Positions 1 to 9,508 of a stretch of 64,000 nt of DNA are shown in pieces. The notes below the pieces were generated by a model. It saw only the letters and a program-made list of their open reading frames with translations. It was not told the origin of the DNA and made no database searches. Position 1 is the first letter of the stretch. Every line of letters begins with the position of its first letter. The DNA lies in NCBI GenBank assembly GCA_965652295.1, contig CBFGTS010000004.1, positions 32,001 to 96,000 on the forward strand, in the 5' to 3' direction. This stretch comes from an uncultured Haloferula sp. GTDB taxonomy: Bacteria; Verrucomicrobiota; Verrucomicrobiia; Verrucomicrobiales; Akkermansiaceae. The position numbers and the translations under genes are program-made.

Positions 1-294
1 GAAGCCCTCGGTGAAGAGGCGATGGGTGTCGTTCCCGAAGGTGGAAAACGTGGTGAACCCGCCGAGAAAACCGGTGACGAGAAAGGGAAAGACCCACGCC
101 GGCGGATCTTTCGGGGCGAGGGTTCCGAACACGCAGCCGATGGCAAGGCAGCCGAGGAGGTTGCAGGTGAGGATGCCGAGGGGAAACCGGTGAAGCGGCG
201 TTTTTTCCGCGAGGGACTGGATGCCGCTGCTGAGAAGCCAGCGGCTCAACGCCCCCAAGCCACCGCCAAGGAAAATGCAGGCTGCGGCTTGCAT
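1..294 (-). CDS. crcB: Fluoride efflux channel CrcB/FluC (3' end truncated by the window edge)
   Basis: Not in the ORF track. Hand translation from ATG at 294 gives MQAAACIFLGGGLGALSRW...FPLGILTCNLLGC...FLVTGFLGGFTTFSTFG, which has the CrcB signature motifs. Confidence 0.95.
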   Translation of the reverse strand, partial: MQAAACIFLGGGLGALSRWLLSSGIQSLAEKTPLHRFPLGILTCNLLGCLAIGCVFGTLAPKDPPAWVFPFLVTGFLGGFTTFSTFGNDTHRLFTEGF

Positions 295-296
295 GG

Positions 297-1079
297 CTAG
301 GAGTGAAGAAAGGCGTCGATCGGACTGGTGGCACTGGCGGTTTCCAGCATGTCGGGTAGGCCGATTTCGAAGGCTTCACGGCCGGCCTCGACGGCGAGCT
401 TGAAGGCGCGGGCCATGCGGGCGGCATCGGGGGCGATGGCGATGGCGGTGTTGACCAGCACGGCGTCGGCTCCGAGTTCCATGGCCTCGGCTGCGTGGCT
501 GGGGGCACCGATGCCGGCATCGACGACGACGGGCACGGTGGCTTGGTCGATGATGATGCGGATCTGGTCGCGGGTGGCGATGCCCTTGTTTGATCCGATC
601 GGCGCGCCGAGTGGCATGACCGTGGCGGTGCCGGCCTCCTGCAGACGCTTGGCGAGGACCGGATCGGCATTGATGTAGGGCAGCACGGTGAAGCCTTCTT
701 TCACGAGGATCTCGGCCGCCTTGAGCGTTTCGATGGGATCGGGAAGCAGGTAGGTCGGGTCCGGGTGGATCTCGAGCTTCACCCACTTGGGCAGGCCTGC
801 GGCGGCGGCGAGGCGGGCGAGCCGGACGGCTTCCTCGGCATTCATCGCACCGCTGGTGTTGGGGAGGATGAGGTATTTCTCCGGATCGATGAAATCGAGG
901 ATGTTGGCGAAAGGATCATGGCCCCCGGAGAGGTCGGCGCGGCGCAAGGCGACGGTGACGATCTGGGTGCCGGAGGCGTCGAGGGCGTCACGCATCGACT
1001 CGTTCGACGGGAACTTCCCCGTGCCGAGGAAGAGGCGGGAATCGAAGCTGCGGTCGGCGATGCGAAGCGGCTGAGGCAT
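297..1079 (-). CDS. thiG: Thiazole synthase ThiG
   Basis: [41 protein letters not shown] and VLVNTAIA motifs. Start placed at MPQPLRIA (260 aa). Confidence 0.96.
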   Translation of the reverse strand: MPQPLRIADRSFDSRLFLGTGKFPSNESMRDALDASGTQIVTVALRRADLSGGHDPFANILDFIDPEKYLILPNTSGAMNAEEAVRLARLAAAAGLPKWVKLEIHPDPTYLLPDPIETLKAAEILVKEGFTVLPYINADPVLAKRLQEAGTATVMPLGAPIGSNKGIATRDQIRIIIDQATVPVVVDAGIGAPSHAAEAMELGADAVLVNTAIAIAPDAARMARAFKLAVEAGREAFEIGLPDMLETASATSPIDAFLHS

Positions 1080-1148
1080 GGCGGAAACTTGGGAAATGGA
1101 AGCCGGATCGTCCATGGCGGATCCCTTGTAATGTGGGAAAAGAGGAGG

Positions 1149-1179
1149 CGGTTTCAAAGTGGTTGCAATATGGTATCAT
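1149..1179 (+). promoter_or_regulatory. Putative promoter/operator of the toxin-antitoxin operon
   Basis: Extended -10 TGnTATCAT (1171-1179) overlapping three related 8-mers at an 11-bp period: CGGTTTCA, TGGTTGCA, TGGTATCA. Confidence 0.45.
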
Positions 1180-1197
1180 CAGGGCTACAGAGAAGAC

Positions 1198-1482
1198 GTG
1201 AGTGCGATTACCTTGAAGGGCATTCCGGATGAGTTGGCCGCGGCGTTGAAAGCGAAGGCTGCGGAATCCCGCCGTAGTCTCAACAGCGAGATCCTGCATC
1301 GGTTGGAGAAGAGTCTGGACCTTGAGATGGGCTCGACCTCGCTCAAGGAAGAGGCCGCGATTCAAGCTGACGCGTGGTCCAGGTTGGCCGGCGCATGGAT
1401 TTCTGGTGCCTCCGTCGAGGAAGAGATTGACGCCTTGTACTCCGCGCGTTCGGAAGGTCGGGATTGGGATCTCAACTGGTGA
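1198..1482 (+). CDS. FitA/Arc-like ribbon-helix-helix antitoxin
   Basis: GTG start. SAITLKGIPDELAAALKAKAAESRRSLNSEILHRLE is an Arc/FitA RHH pattern; lies directly upstream of a PIN toxin. Confidence 0.85.
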   Translation: MSAITLKGIPDELAAALKAKAAESRRSLNSEILHRLEKSLDLEMGSTSLKEEAAIQADAWSRLAGAWISGASVEEEIDALYSARSEGRDWDLNW

Positions 1483-1488
1483 TTTTCG

Positions 1489-1890
1489 ATGAACGGCTTC
1501 CTTTTGGACACGGACACCTGCATCGAAATCCTCCGGGGCAACGATCAGGTGATTCGGCGTCGGCGCGGCGTGTATCTTGAGGTCGTGACGAGCGAAATCA
1601 CCGCCAGCGAACTCTACTTTGGCGCGGCGACTTCGAAGGATCCGCTGAAGAACAAGCGGGTGGTGGATACTTTTCTTGAGACGATCCGAGTGGTGCCGAT
1701 CGGTTGGAACGGCGCGCGCTTTTTTGGGGTCTTCAAGGCGCAGTTGAAAGGCGTGGGGAAGCTGATCCCCGACGCCGACCTGTGGGTCGGCAGTATTTCC
1801 CGGGCGTTGAGTCTGACGGTGGTCACGGGGAACACGCGGCATTTGGGAAGGATCCCGGGGGTGGTGACGGAGGACTGGATTCGAGGATAA
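1489..1890 (+). CDS. vapC: VapC/FitB-family PIN-domain toxin
   Basis: FLLDTDTCIE, TASELYFG, DADLWVGS and VVTGNTRH PIN motifs; 133 aa. Confidence 0.92.
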   Translation: MNGFLLDTDTCIEILRGNDQVIRRRRGVYLEVVTSEITASELYFGAATSKDPLKNKRVVDTFLETIRVVPIGWNGARFFGVFKAQLKGVGKLIPDADLWVGSISRALSLTVVTGNTRHLGRIPGVVTEDWIRG

Positions 1891-1923
1891 AAGAAAGCCC
1901 GGCTTCCACGGGGAAGCCAGGCT
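1888..1923 (-). terminator. Intrinsic terminator downstream of mdh
   Basis: Hairpin AGCCCGGCTTCC-ACGG-GGAAGCCAGGCT followed by TTCTTTT on the minus strand, between convergent genes. Confidence 0.7.
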
Positions 1924-1963
1924 GTGGGGTGAGTTGGCATGGCGGATGAAATCCGCCGCCACG
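1924..1963. repeat. REP-like palindrome, family B
   Basis: GGCGGAT-GAA-ATCCGCC-GCCAC. The 40-bp unit matches 59632-59671 at 34/40 and is also similar to 59746-59785. Confidence 0.8.
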
Positions 1964-1965
1964 CA

Positions 1966-2955
1966 TCAGGCAGGAATGAGATCCTTCACTGCGTCGCGCT
2001 CTTCTTTGAGCTCGGCGATGGTGGCATCGATCTTCGATTGGCTGAAGGCGTCGATTTCGAGTCCCTCGACGACTTCCCAAGTGCCGTCGGCTTTGGTGCG
2101 GATGGGCATGGAGGCGATGATGCCGGGCTCGATGCCATACTCGCCCTTCGAGCAGATGGCAACGCTGTGCCAGTCGCCTTCCGGAGTCGGTCTGCTGAGC
2201 GCCATGACGGTGTCGAGCGCGGCGTTGGCGGCGGAGGCGGCGGAGGATGCGCCGCGGGCCTTGATGATGGCGGCACCGCGCTGCTGTACGGTGGCGATGA
2301 ACTCGCCTTCAAGCCATTCGCGGTCGGTGATGACCTCGGTGACCGGTTTGCCGTCGATCTTGGCGTGGACGAAATCGGGGTACTGGGTGGCGGAGTGATT
2401 GCCCCAGATGCAGAGATTGGTGACCTGCGAGGAGTGGACGCCGGCCTTGGCGGCGAGCTGCGACTTGGCGCGGTTCTCATCGAGGCGGGTCATTGCGAAG
2501 AACTGCTCTTTCGGCAGCCCGGTGGCATTCGACATGGCGATGAGGCAGTTGGTGTTGCAGGGGTTGCCGACGACGAGGGTCTTGCAGCCGGGCTTGGCGT
2601 TGGCGGCGATCGCCTGGCCCTGGCCGGTGAAGATCTTGCCATTGATTCCGAGCAGATCGTTTCGCTCCATGCCGGCTTTTCGCGGCACCGATCCGACGAG
2701 CAGGGCCCAGTCGGCATTTTTGAAGCCCTCGGCGAGGTCGGAGGTGGCAACGATGTTTTTGAGCAGCGGGAACGCGCAATCGTCGAGCTCCATCACCACG
2801 CCCTGGAGGGCGGGGAGGGCGGGCTCGATCTCGATGAGGTTGAGATTGACCGGCTGGTCCGCCCCGAAGACGGAGCCGGAAGCAATGCGGAAAAGGAGGG
2901 CGTAGCCGATGTTGCCGGCCGCGCCGGTGATGGAGACGGTGATGGGTTCCTTCAT
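1966..2955 (-). CDS. mdh: Malate dehydrogenase (type 2 family)
   Basis: [72 protein letters not shown]. Confidence 0.97.
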   Translation of the reverse strand: MKEPITVSITGAAGNIGYALLFRIASGSVFGADQPVNLNLIEIEPALPALQGVVMELDDCAFPLLKNIVATSDLAEGFKNADWALLVGSVPRKAGMERNDLLGINGKIFTGQGQAIAANAKPGCKTLVVGNPCNTNCLIAMSNATGLPKEQFFAMTRLDENRAKSQLAAKAGVHSSQVTNLCIWGNHSATQYPDFVHAKIDGKPVTEVITDREWLEGEFIATVQQRGAAIIKARGASSAASAANAALDTVMALSRPTPEGDWHSVAICSKGEYGIEPGIIASMPIRTKADGTWEVVEGLEIDAFSQSKIDATIAELKEERDAVKDLIPA

Positions 2956-3136
2956 GGAGTCAGGTGCGGTTGGATCGCAGGGACTTGGTAATGTCTTGGA
3001 GCGGTTGCGGTCAATGGCTGACGGTGACCGGCGGAGACGGTGCGCGAAGGATCGGCGGATGTGCACATGCAGCGCCGGGGGAGATGCAAAATCCCTGCCA
3101 GGGCGGTCGAAAAGTTGTTTTTGAAATCGTTCGTAT

Positions 3137-3502
3137 TTGTTAACAGTGCTTCGCGCTTTGCCTGCCAGACCTCCAGTTCCCCGAGCCAAGATCAGCCGCC
3201 TGCGCGCGCAGACGCGGGTGCTGCGCGGCATGAACAGCGTGATCCTGTGCGTGTTGGGAGCCAGCCTGGGCGCGCTGACGGTGGCGTCCGCACTCCCGCA
3301 GCTGCGGAAGTTTCACGACAAGCAGACGGAGCTTGAGCAGGTGCTCGAGGCCGAGCGGAAGGTGATCGCGGAAAAGGACGACGCCCGGGCGAAGCTCGAC
3401 GCGATGCGGGATGATCCTGAGTTTTTGGAAATCCACGCGATCGACCGCCTGAATCTGCACCGCCCCGGGACCACGGTTTACCGCATCGAACGCGAACGCT
3501 GA
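3137..3502 (+). CDS. FtsB/DivIC-like septum formation initiator family protein (start uncertain)
   Basis: Basic N-terminus, one TM helix, coiled coil, then [19 protein letters not shown]. Confidence 0.7.
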   Translation: MLTVLRALPARPPVPRAKISRLRAQTRVLRGMNSVILCVLGASLGALTVASALPQLRKFHDKQTELEQVLEAERKVIAEKDDARAKLDAMRDDPEFLEIHAIDRLNLHRPGTTVYRIERER

Positions 3503-4035
3503 TGGAAAAGGACGTGGAGAGGGTCCTGATCGCCGAGGAGGTGATCGACAAGCGGCTGGACGTGCTGGCGCGGAAGATCGAAGAGGATTTTCCCGGTGAA
3601 GTGATCCAGGTGGTGGTGCTTTTGAAAGGAGCGTTGGTTTTCGCCGCCGACCTCACCCGGCGGCTTCCGCGGATGCTGGAAATCGAATGCATCAACGTCG
3701 CGAGCTACCACGGCGGCACGGCGACCAGCGGCCAGGTGGATTTTCTCGATCACAAACTGCCCGAGGTGAAGGGCCGGCAGGTTCTGGTCCTGGATGACAT
3801 CCTGGACACCGGGCTGACGCTCCGGGCGGTGGTGGACCGGCTGACAGCCGAAGGCGCGGCGCAGGTGAAAACCGCGGTGCTGCTGGCGAAGGACAAGAAG
3901 CGCGATGCCGAAGTGGAGGCGGACTACGTCGGCTTCGTGATCGGCGATGAGTTCGTGATCGGCTACGGCCTCGACTATCAGGGGCGTTACCGGAACCTGC
4001 CCTACGTGGGCACGCTCAGTCCGGAGGCGATGTGA
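3502..4035 (+). CDS. hpt: Hypoxanthine phosphoribosyltransferase
   Basis: LKGALVFAADL, VLVLDDILDTGLTL, FVIGYGLDY...YRNLPYVG. Confidence 0.96.
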   Translation: MEKDVERVLIAEEVIDKRLDVLARKIEEDFPGEVIQVVVLLKGALVFAADLTRRLPRMLEIECINVASYHGGTATSGQVDFLDHKLPEVKGRQVLVLDDILDTGLTLRAVVDRLTAEGAAQVKTAVLLAKDKKRDAEVEADYVGFVIGDEFVIGYGLDYQGRYRNLPYVGTLSPEAM

Positions 4036-4040
4036 GGTCC

Positions 4041-4244
4041 CTAACGGGGGTTTGTTCGACGGAACGCTTCGGCGGTCTGGTCGAGAAGCATTTCGAGCCT
4101 GCTTGACGAGATCCGTGAAACGGAACCGTTGGCGAAAAGTGCCGTGCTCGTTCCCTCTCGGGCGGCGTCGCTCAGGGTGATCACCGTCATGCCGGCCAGG
4201 GCGGGAAGGGTGAAGAGTGAGAGGATCAGCGGGACGAGACGCAT
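4041..4244 (-). CDS. Small hypothetical exported protein (67 aa)
   Basis: MRLVPLILSLFTLPALAG is a signal-peptide-like start; overlaps the end of the upstream gene by 19 nt. Confidence 0.45.
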   Translation of the reverse strand: MRLVPLILSLFTLPALAGMTVITLSDAAREGTSTALFANGSVSRISSSRLEMLLDQTAEAFRRTNPR

Positions 4245-4984
4245 GGGAGGAGGGGTTCGAGCGGGAAGATTGAGACATCGATGTGATCGACGAAAAGCGC
4301 GGATTCCGGCGGGATGGAGGAAACCGGGAGGGCGTTCCACTCCGCAGGGAGGGACGACCATTCCTCGCAGCAGGCCTCTTGAAGCGGATACGCTGGATGA
4401 TGAACGCGGCCTGAATGGAGGCGGCCGTCGGGTGCCGAGGAAAAAAGCAGGTAGCGCTCGGCAAGGAAGAACTCGAGCGAACCGGGCTTGGCGAAAGCCG
4501 ATGGGCCAGCGGCGGTGTAATGGTAGCTGGCCTCCTCGGTTTCTGTCTCCCTACGGCAGCGGTAGTAGATCTCCTTTGACCTTCGAAACGAAGACATGAA
4601 GGCATGCTCGTAGGGAAGATGAAAGCGCGAGCGGGCGATCTCGACGGCGAGCGGATGATTGCAATCGAGGGAAAAGAACCAGACGCCGGGGACGCCTTGG
4701 TCATCGTGGACGTAGGTCCGGACATTCAGCTCCAGAAACCAGGAGAGCCCAGGAAAGGAGGGAAGGCCCGGAGGGCGGATACGGTCCATGAAGAACGGCA
4801 CGATGCCGAGCCAAGCCTCTCCGTCGTGAAGATCGAGATGGAGGCCGGGAGGGAGGCGGTGGCGGAGCAAGGCGGGATCCACCCGCCAGTGGAGGAAAAG
4901 CAGCTTGGACCAGCGCTGGCGCATCACGCACCGCCGGGCGGGTCGCTCGCGCAGGTTGAGGCGCTGTTGGAGGGTGGGCGTCAC
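4226..4984 (-). CDS. YqjF/DUF2071 family protein
   Basis: MRQRWSKLLFLHW, FLELNVRTYV, GVWFFSLD, FLAERY. Confidence 0.9.
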   Translation of the reverse strand: MTPTLQQRLNLRERPARRCVMRQRWSKLLFLHWRVDPALLRHRLPPGLHLDLHDGEAWLGIVPFFMDRIRPPGLPSFPGLSWFLELNVRTYVHDDQGVPGVWFFSLDCNHPLAVEIARSRFHLPYEHAFMSSFRRSKEIYYRCRRETETEEASYHYTAAGPSAFAKPGSLEFFLAERYLLFSSAPDGRLHSGRVHHPAYPLQEACCEEWSSLPAEWNALPVSSIPPESALFVDHIDVSIFPLEPLLPCVSSR

Positions 4985-5011
4985 CGGATGACGACCACCT
5001 TCGCGTTTTCG

Positions 5012-5896
5012 TCAGGGGTCCGCAAGCAGCGCTTCAAAACGCCGCCCGTATTCGACGTAGGAGTCGTAGCACTGCTGCCAATCGACAGCTGCGGGATCTG
5101 GAGCGTGGAAGACGGTGGCGACGTGGGGTTCGATGGCGATCCAGCCATCGTAGCCGCGGGCTCTCGCGTCGCCGAGGATTTCGCGCAGCTTCGCCTGACC
5201 GTCGCCGGGCATGGTGTATTCCGGTTCGACCTCGTCGGAAACGGGGTTGAGGCAGTCCTTGATGTGGATGTGGACGACGTGGTCGCGGACCTTTTCCCAG
5301 AACTCGAAGGGGTCCTGCCAGGGGACGCCGCCGTTGCCGTCGGGCTTGGAACGATCGCGCTGGAAGACGGGGTTGCCGGTGTCGAAGACCAGCTTGAGAC
5401 CGGGGACTTTCTCGACGAGACGCAGCGTGTGTTCGGCGGAAAAGCCGCCCCAGTTCATGCAGTTTTCGTGGATGGCGGTGAGGCCGGCGTCGTTGAAACG
5501 CTTCACGATTTCGCGCAGGCGGCGGAAGCGCTCCTGCTCTTGCTGGTCCTCGCCCCACGGTTCCTGAGCGTAGGACATCACGCGGATGAGCTTGGTGCCG
5601 AGCCGCTTCATCCGCGGGATGGCGCGCTCGACTTCGGCGAGCGTGATGGCGAAATCGGAGTCGATCGTTTTGCCCCAGTTGGCGATCAGCGAGCCGAACT
5701 CCGGCACCGAGATGCCGGCCTCGTCGAGCTGGTCGGCCACGCGGTCGAACTCGCTCTGCGGGAGTTCGTGGATGTTCTTGTCGCCGATCATCCGGGCGGA
5801 AATCGCGGACCAACCGAGTTCCTTGGTCGCGGCGATTTGCTTATCGAGATCGCGGGAGGCTTCGTCGGCGAAGCCGGTGAGTTTGGAGGTGGTCAT
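5012..5896 (-). CDS. Sugar phosphate isomerase/epimerase (xylose-isomerase-like TIM barrel)
   Basis: GFADEA, HENC, FDTGN, HIHIKD, IAIEPH metal-ligand pattern. Confidence 0.88.
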   Translation of the reverse strand: MTTSKLTGFADEASRDLDKQIAATKELGWSAISARMIGDKNIHELPQSEFDRVADQLDEAGISVPEFGSLIANWGKTIDSDFAITLAEVERAIPRMKRLGTKLIRVMSYAQEPWGEDQQEQERFRRLREIVKRFNDAGLTAIHENCMNWGGFSAEHTLRLVEKVPGLKLVFDTGNPVFQRDRSKPDGNGGVPWQDPFEFWEKVRDHVVHIHIKDCLNPVSDEVEPEYTMPGDGQAKLREILGDARARGYDGWIAIEPHVATVFHAPDPAAVDWQQCYDSYVEYGRRFEALLADP

Positions 5897-5906
5897 GTCG
5901 GATGGG

Positions 5907-5954
5907 CGCGGCTGGAAGCCGCGGGAACGGCCTGCGGCAGGATGCCGCAGCCAC
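5907..5954. repeat. REP-like double palindrome, family C
   Basis: CGCGGCT-GGA-AGCCGCG and CTGCGGCA-GGA-TGCCGCAG-CCAC fill the intergenic gap; reads GTGG + hairpin on the minus strand. Confidence 0.65.
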
Positions 5955-5956
5955 GG

Positions 5957-7000
5957 TTAGAGGAGGACTTTGGTGCCGTTGCTACGGGCACTCTCGTAGA
6001 TGGCGTGGATGAGGGCGACGGATTTGCGGGCCTCGGTGGCGGATGTTGCCGGTGGGCGGCCCTCGCGGATGGCGGCGGCGACTTCCTCGAAGTTCCGCTG
6101 ATGTTGGAGAAAGCCGATTGCCTTGGGATCATTCGCGCCCAATCCAGAGGCGCTGCCTTTCATGAGGGTGGCGCGGATCTTCTCGTCGCCGGCGGTTGGC
6201 TTGCGGAAGTCCCAGAGTTCGAACGCCTCGTCGGCGAGGAAGACGGAGCCGTCCGTGCCGCAGAGCTGCACACGGGCGGGGTGACCGTCCTTGGACCAGG
6301 TGCAGGTGGAGCCCTCGATCACGCCGCGGGCACCGTTCTCGAACTCCAGCAACGCCACGGCGATGTCCTCGACCTCGATCCGTTCGTGGGCCAGACAGGC
6401 GGCGTTGGCCTGGACGGATTTCACCGGCCCGGCGAGGTGGAGGAGGGCGTCGATGGTGTGGATCGACTGGTTCATCAGCGCCCCGCCGCCATCCAGCGCC
6501 CATGTGCCGCGCCACTCGGCGGAGTCGTAGTAAGCTTGATCGCGAAACCATTTGATGTAGGCGGAAGCGGAGGTGACGAGGCCGAAGCGGCCGTCATCGA
6601 CGGCTGACTTGAATGCGTCCATGGCCGGGTGGAAGCGGCGGTTGAGGATGGCGGCGAGCGTCTTGCCGGCGTCGTTCGCGGCGGCGATCATGCGATCGAT
6701 CCGATCAGGAGTGACTTCGAGCGGTTTCTCGCAGACGACGTGCTTTCCCGCGGCCAGGGCGGCGAGGGTGGGCTCGAGGTGGGCTCCGGAGGGCGTGGCA
6801 ATGGTCACGATGTCGAGTTCCGGGTCGGCGAGGAACGCGTTGAGATCGGAGAAACCTCTAATCTGGAACTCCGACGCAAAGGCGTCCGCTGCGGCGGGAC
6901 GTTTCGCGAAAACCGAGTGCAGGGTGCCGCCGGTCATCGCTTGGATGGCCCGCGCGTGGAATTGGCCGATCATGCCGGCCCCGATGATGCCGAAATTCAT
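5957..7000 (-). CDS. Gfo/Idh/MocA family NAD-dependent oxidoreductase
   Basis: FGIIGAGMIG, HVVCEKPL, WRGTWALDGGGALMNQSIHTID, EVED. Confidence 0.93.
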   Translation of the reverse strand: MNFGIIGAGMIGQFHARAIQAMTGGTLHSVFAKRPAAADAFASEFQIRGFSDLNAFLADPELDIVTIATPSGAHLEPTLAALAAGKHVVCEKPLEVTPDRIDRMIAAANDAGKTLAAILNRRFHPAMDAFKSAVDDGRFGLVTSASAYIKWFRDQAYYDSAEWRGTWALDGGGALMNQSIHTIDALLHLAGPVKSVQANAACLAHERIEVEDIAVALLEFENGARGVIEGSTCTWSKDGHPARVQLCGTDGSVFLADEAFELWDFRKPTAGDEKIRATLMKGSASGLGANDPKAIGFLQHQRNFEEVAAAIREGRPPATSATEARKSVALIHAIYESARSNGTKVLL

Positions 7001-8673
7001 GGAGCGTTGCGTTGTTCGTTGCGGATGAAGCAGAAGGTGCCGACGGCAAAAAGGACGGCCAGGAAACCGAGCCCGACCCAAGCAGCGACGCCCTGCCAAC
7101 CGGGAGCACTGGTTTTTCCATGGAGCACCCAGACGGAGCCGGAGGTGGAGACGCCGGTGGCGAGGATCATGAGGAGATTCCAGCGGATGCGGCGAGCACC
7201 GGTCGGACGTTGATCGCCGAGGATGCGGCGGGAGTTCATCATCAGTAGGAAAGTGAAGTAGGCGATGGGGATGAGCGATCCGCCGATGACCGAGGTGGGG
7301 ACGGCGAGGAAAGCCTTCGATTCGCCGGTCCAGAACAGCGGATAAAACGCGCCGGAGAGGCCGGAAAGGGCGCAGCCGGCGAAGAAGAGCTTGTTCGAGC
7401 GGGTGGTTTCCGGTTGAAGCTTCGGGTCTTTGGACGAGAAGGCTTCCACGAAGGCGGTGCCGTTCATCAGCATCAGGATGACGATGGTGGAGAGAGCCAT
7501 GCCGAGCACGCCGATGCCGAAGATCTTCTGCGCGATCACCGGCCCGGCGAAGGGTTCAAGCGTAATGGCCAGGGCGTTGGCATCGCGGTTCACCAGCATG
7601 GCGGCGAGCGTGCGGTCGGCCTCCGGCAGCGCGGCGAGCGCTGTTTCGGTGAATGCGAGCGAATCGTCCGGATCCACCGCGCCGTAGCTGGCAACGGCCT
7701 CGGTGACGGCGGGCAGGGTCAGCAGCATGTCGCGCCCGCCTCCTTCCGGCAGGTCGGCGGTTTTGGCGTGAAACGAGGCCGCGGCGGCGATCACGACGCA
7801 GGAGGTGGCGAGGAAAAAGGGGATGAAAAGGCCGATCGATAGATCCGTGATGGACAGCCCGCGGTGACGCTTGCCCCAGCGCTTCTTGAGCAGCGTGTAG
7901 GGCAGCAGGAAGGTCATGTTGATCCCCACGGCGGTGCCGAAGGCGGTGATGATGATGTCCCGCTGGTCGTCGGTGATCCGCTTCGCCCACCAGGCGGGAT
8001 CGGACGAGGCCGCGATCAGCTCGGCGTAACCCGCGGCGGGGCGGGAGAGCAGGGTGAAATCCGGCAGAAATCCGCGGCCGACCGCGCCCCAATCGAGCTG
8101 GCCGGATTTCGTGAGGGCGATGACGACGGCGAAGAAGGAGAGCACGATGATGCCGACCATGATCTTGATGATCAGGTCGAATGCCTTCGCCGCGCCGCCG
8201 CCGGATTGGTAGAGCCAGTTGACGCCCATGCCGGTGAGGAAAAGCACGACGGAGATGGCGGGAACCGGAATGCCGTCGGAGAATAGGTTTTGTTGGATGG
8301 CCGCGGACGCCAGCGAGAACTGGGGCATGATCCAGACCATGTTGGCGAGGATGGTGGCGGCGAGCCACGACCAGCCGAGCAGTGGGTGGAGGTGGCGGTT
8401 GATCTCGTGAAACGGACGCCGTCCGGTACTAAGGGTGACGTAGGCGATGGCCGACAGCATGATGATGCCGCAGATCATGGCGAGCGGCTGGAGCCACATG
8501 AGGCCGAAGCCGGCGATGACGCCGAGGTAGAGTGCCCCGGCCAGCGAGCCGCCGCCGAGGGTGATGGCTCCCTGCAACCAGCCGGGGCCGGACAGGCGGG
8601 CGTAGATCAGGAATTTTCCGAGCGGCCCTTTGGTCTGGGCTGCATCGAGGAGCTGGATTTCGCGGTCGGGCAT
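6997..8673 (-). CDS. Nramp-related (APC superfamily) membrane transporter
   Basis: About 11 TM segments, SGPGWLQGAITLGGGSL and TAVGINMTFLLPY; the canonical DPGN metal motif is absent. Confidence 0.75.
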   Translation of the reverse strand: MPDREIQLLDAAQTKGPLGKFLIYARLSGPGWLQGAITLGGGSLAGALYLGVIAGFGLMWLQPLAMICGIIMLSAIAYVTLSTGRRPFHEINRHLHPLLGWSWLAATILANMVWIMPQFSLASAAIQQNLFSDGIPVPAISVVLFLTGMGVNWLYQSGGGAAKAFDLIIKIMVGIIVLSFFAVVIALTKSGQLDWGAVGRGFLPDFTLLSRPAAGYAELIAASSDPAWWAKRITDDQRDIIITAFGTAVGINMTFLLPYTLLKKRWGKRHRGLSITDLSIGLFIPFFLATSCVVIAAAASFHAKTADLPEGGGRDMLLTLPAVTEAVASYGAVDPDDSLAFTETALAALPEADRTLAAMLVNRDANALAITLEPFAGPVIAQKIFGIGVLGMALSTIVILMLMNGTAFVEAFSSKDPKLQPETTRSNKLFFAGCALSGLSGAFYPLFWTGESKAFLAVPTSVIGGSLIPIAYFTFLLMMNSRRILGDQRPTGARRIRWNLLMILATGVSTSGSVWVLHGKTSAPGWQGVAAWVGLGFLAVLFAVGTFCFIRNEQRNAP

Positions 8674-8692
8674 GGAATTCGGAGGTGAAAGC

Positions 8693-9508
8693 TCAGGAGC
8701 CGAAGAATCGGCGGAGGTTCTCCCGGCTGAGGCGGGCGATCTCGTGCGGAGAGGGATCATATTTGAAAACCTCCACCGAGATCCAGCCATCGTAGCCGGT
8801 GTCACGGAGGGCTTCGGCGATCGGACGGTAATCCACCTCGCCCATGCCGGGACCATAGAGGTTGGGATCGTTGGCGTGGAAGTGGGCGGTCCAGTCGTGG
8901 CTGGCGCGGATCACGTCGGAAATACTGGAGTCTTCGTAGCTCATCGCCTTAACGTCGAGATGGAGCTTGCAGGCGGGATGATCAACGGCTTGGCACAGCC
9001 GGATCGTCTCCGCCGCGCTGGTGAGGAAATTCGTTTCCACCGCGCCGAGCGGCTCCATGGCGAGGGTGATGCCGAGCGGTCCGCAGTGTTCGGCGACCTG
9101 CCGCAGAACCTGGGTGGCGCGGGCGAACGAGGCCTCGTAGTCCCAGCCCGGCTCCAGCGAGCGTTGCTGGGGGCTGCCCCAAACCATGATTTTCCCGCCC
9201 AGATGGTGGCACAGGTCAGCGAGCCGCTTGGCGTAATCGGCGGTGGCTTGGAGGACCTGCGGATCGGGCGAGGTCAGGTGGTAACCCGCGGTTTTTGCCA
9301 GCAGCCAATGGAGGCCGACGACCTCCAGCCCGGCGTCGTGCACTTGGCGACCGAGTTCGAAGGCCGCCTCCGCCGTGATCAATGTCGGATCCGCAGCGAG
9401 CGTGAAGGGCGCGATCTCCAGGCCCGTGTAGCCATCGGCCGCGGCGAGGCGGGCGGATTCGGCCAGCGAGAGATCGCCGTAGGTCTCGTTGCAGATGGCG
9501 AAGCGCAT
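8693..9508 (-). CDS. Sugar phosphate isomerase/epimerase (D-tagatose-3-epimerase-like TIM barrel)
   Basis: [32 protein letters not shown]. Confidence 0.88.
   Translation of the reverse strand: MRFAICNETYGDLSLAESARLAAADGYTGLEIAPFTLAADPTLITAEAAFELGRQVHDAGLEVVGLHWLLAKTAGYHLTSPDPQVLQATADYAKRLADLCHHLGGKIMVWGSPQQRSLEPGWDYEASFARATQVLRQVAEHCGPLGITLAMEPLGAVETNFLTSAAETIRLCQAVDHPACKLHLDVKAMSYEDSSISDVIRASHDWTAHFHANDPNLYGPGMGEVDYRPIAEALRDTGYDGWISVEVFKYDPSPHEIARLSRENLRRFFGS

Noticed and set aside
2952..3068. 38-codon minus-strand ORF overlapping the mdh start (ATGA), a possible leader peptide
   Set aside because: No clear RBS, biased composition or attenuator; plausible by chance.
4053..4066. Near-SOS box TGTTC-GACG-GAACG
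   Set aside because: One mismatch and located at the 3' ends of convergent genes, not in a promoter.
4604..6607. 667-aa plus-strand ORF (similarly 13412-15169, 23771-24958, 37505-38992, 51089-52783, 53740-55698)
   Set aside because: Long stop-free antisense frames are expected in high-GC DNA; each lies opposite a gene with clear motifs and has none itself.
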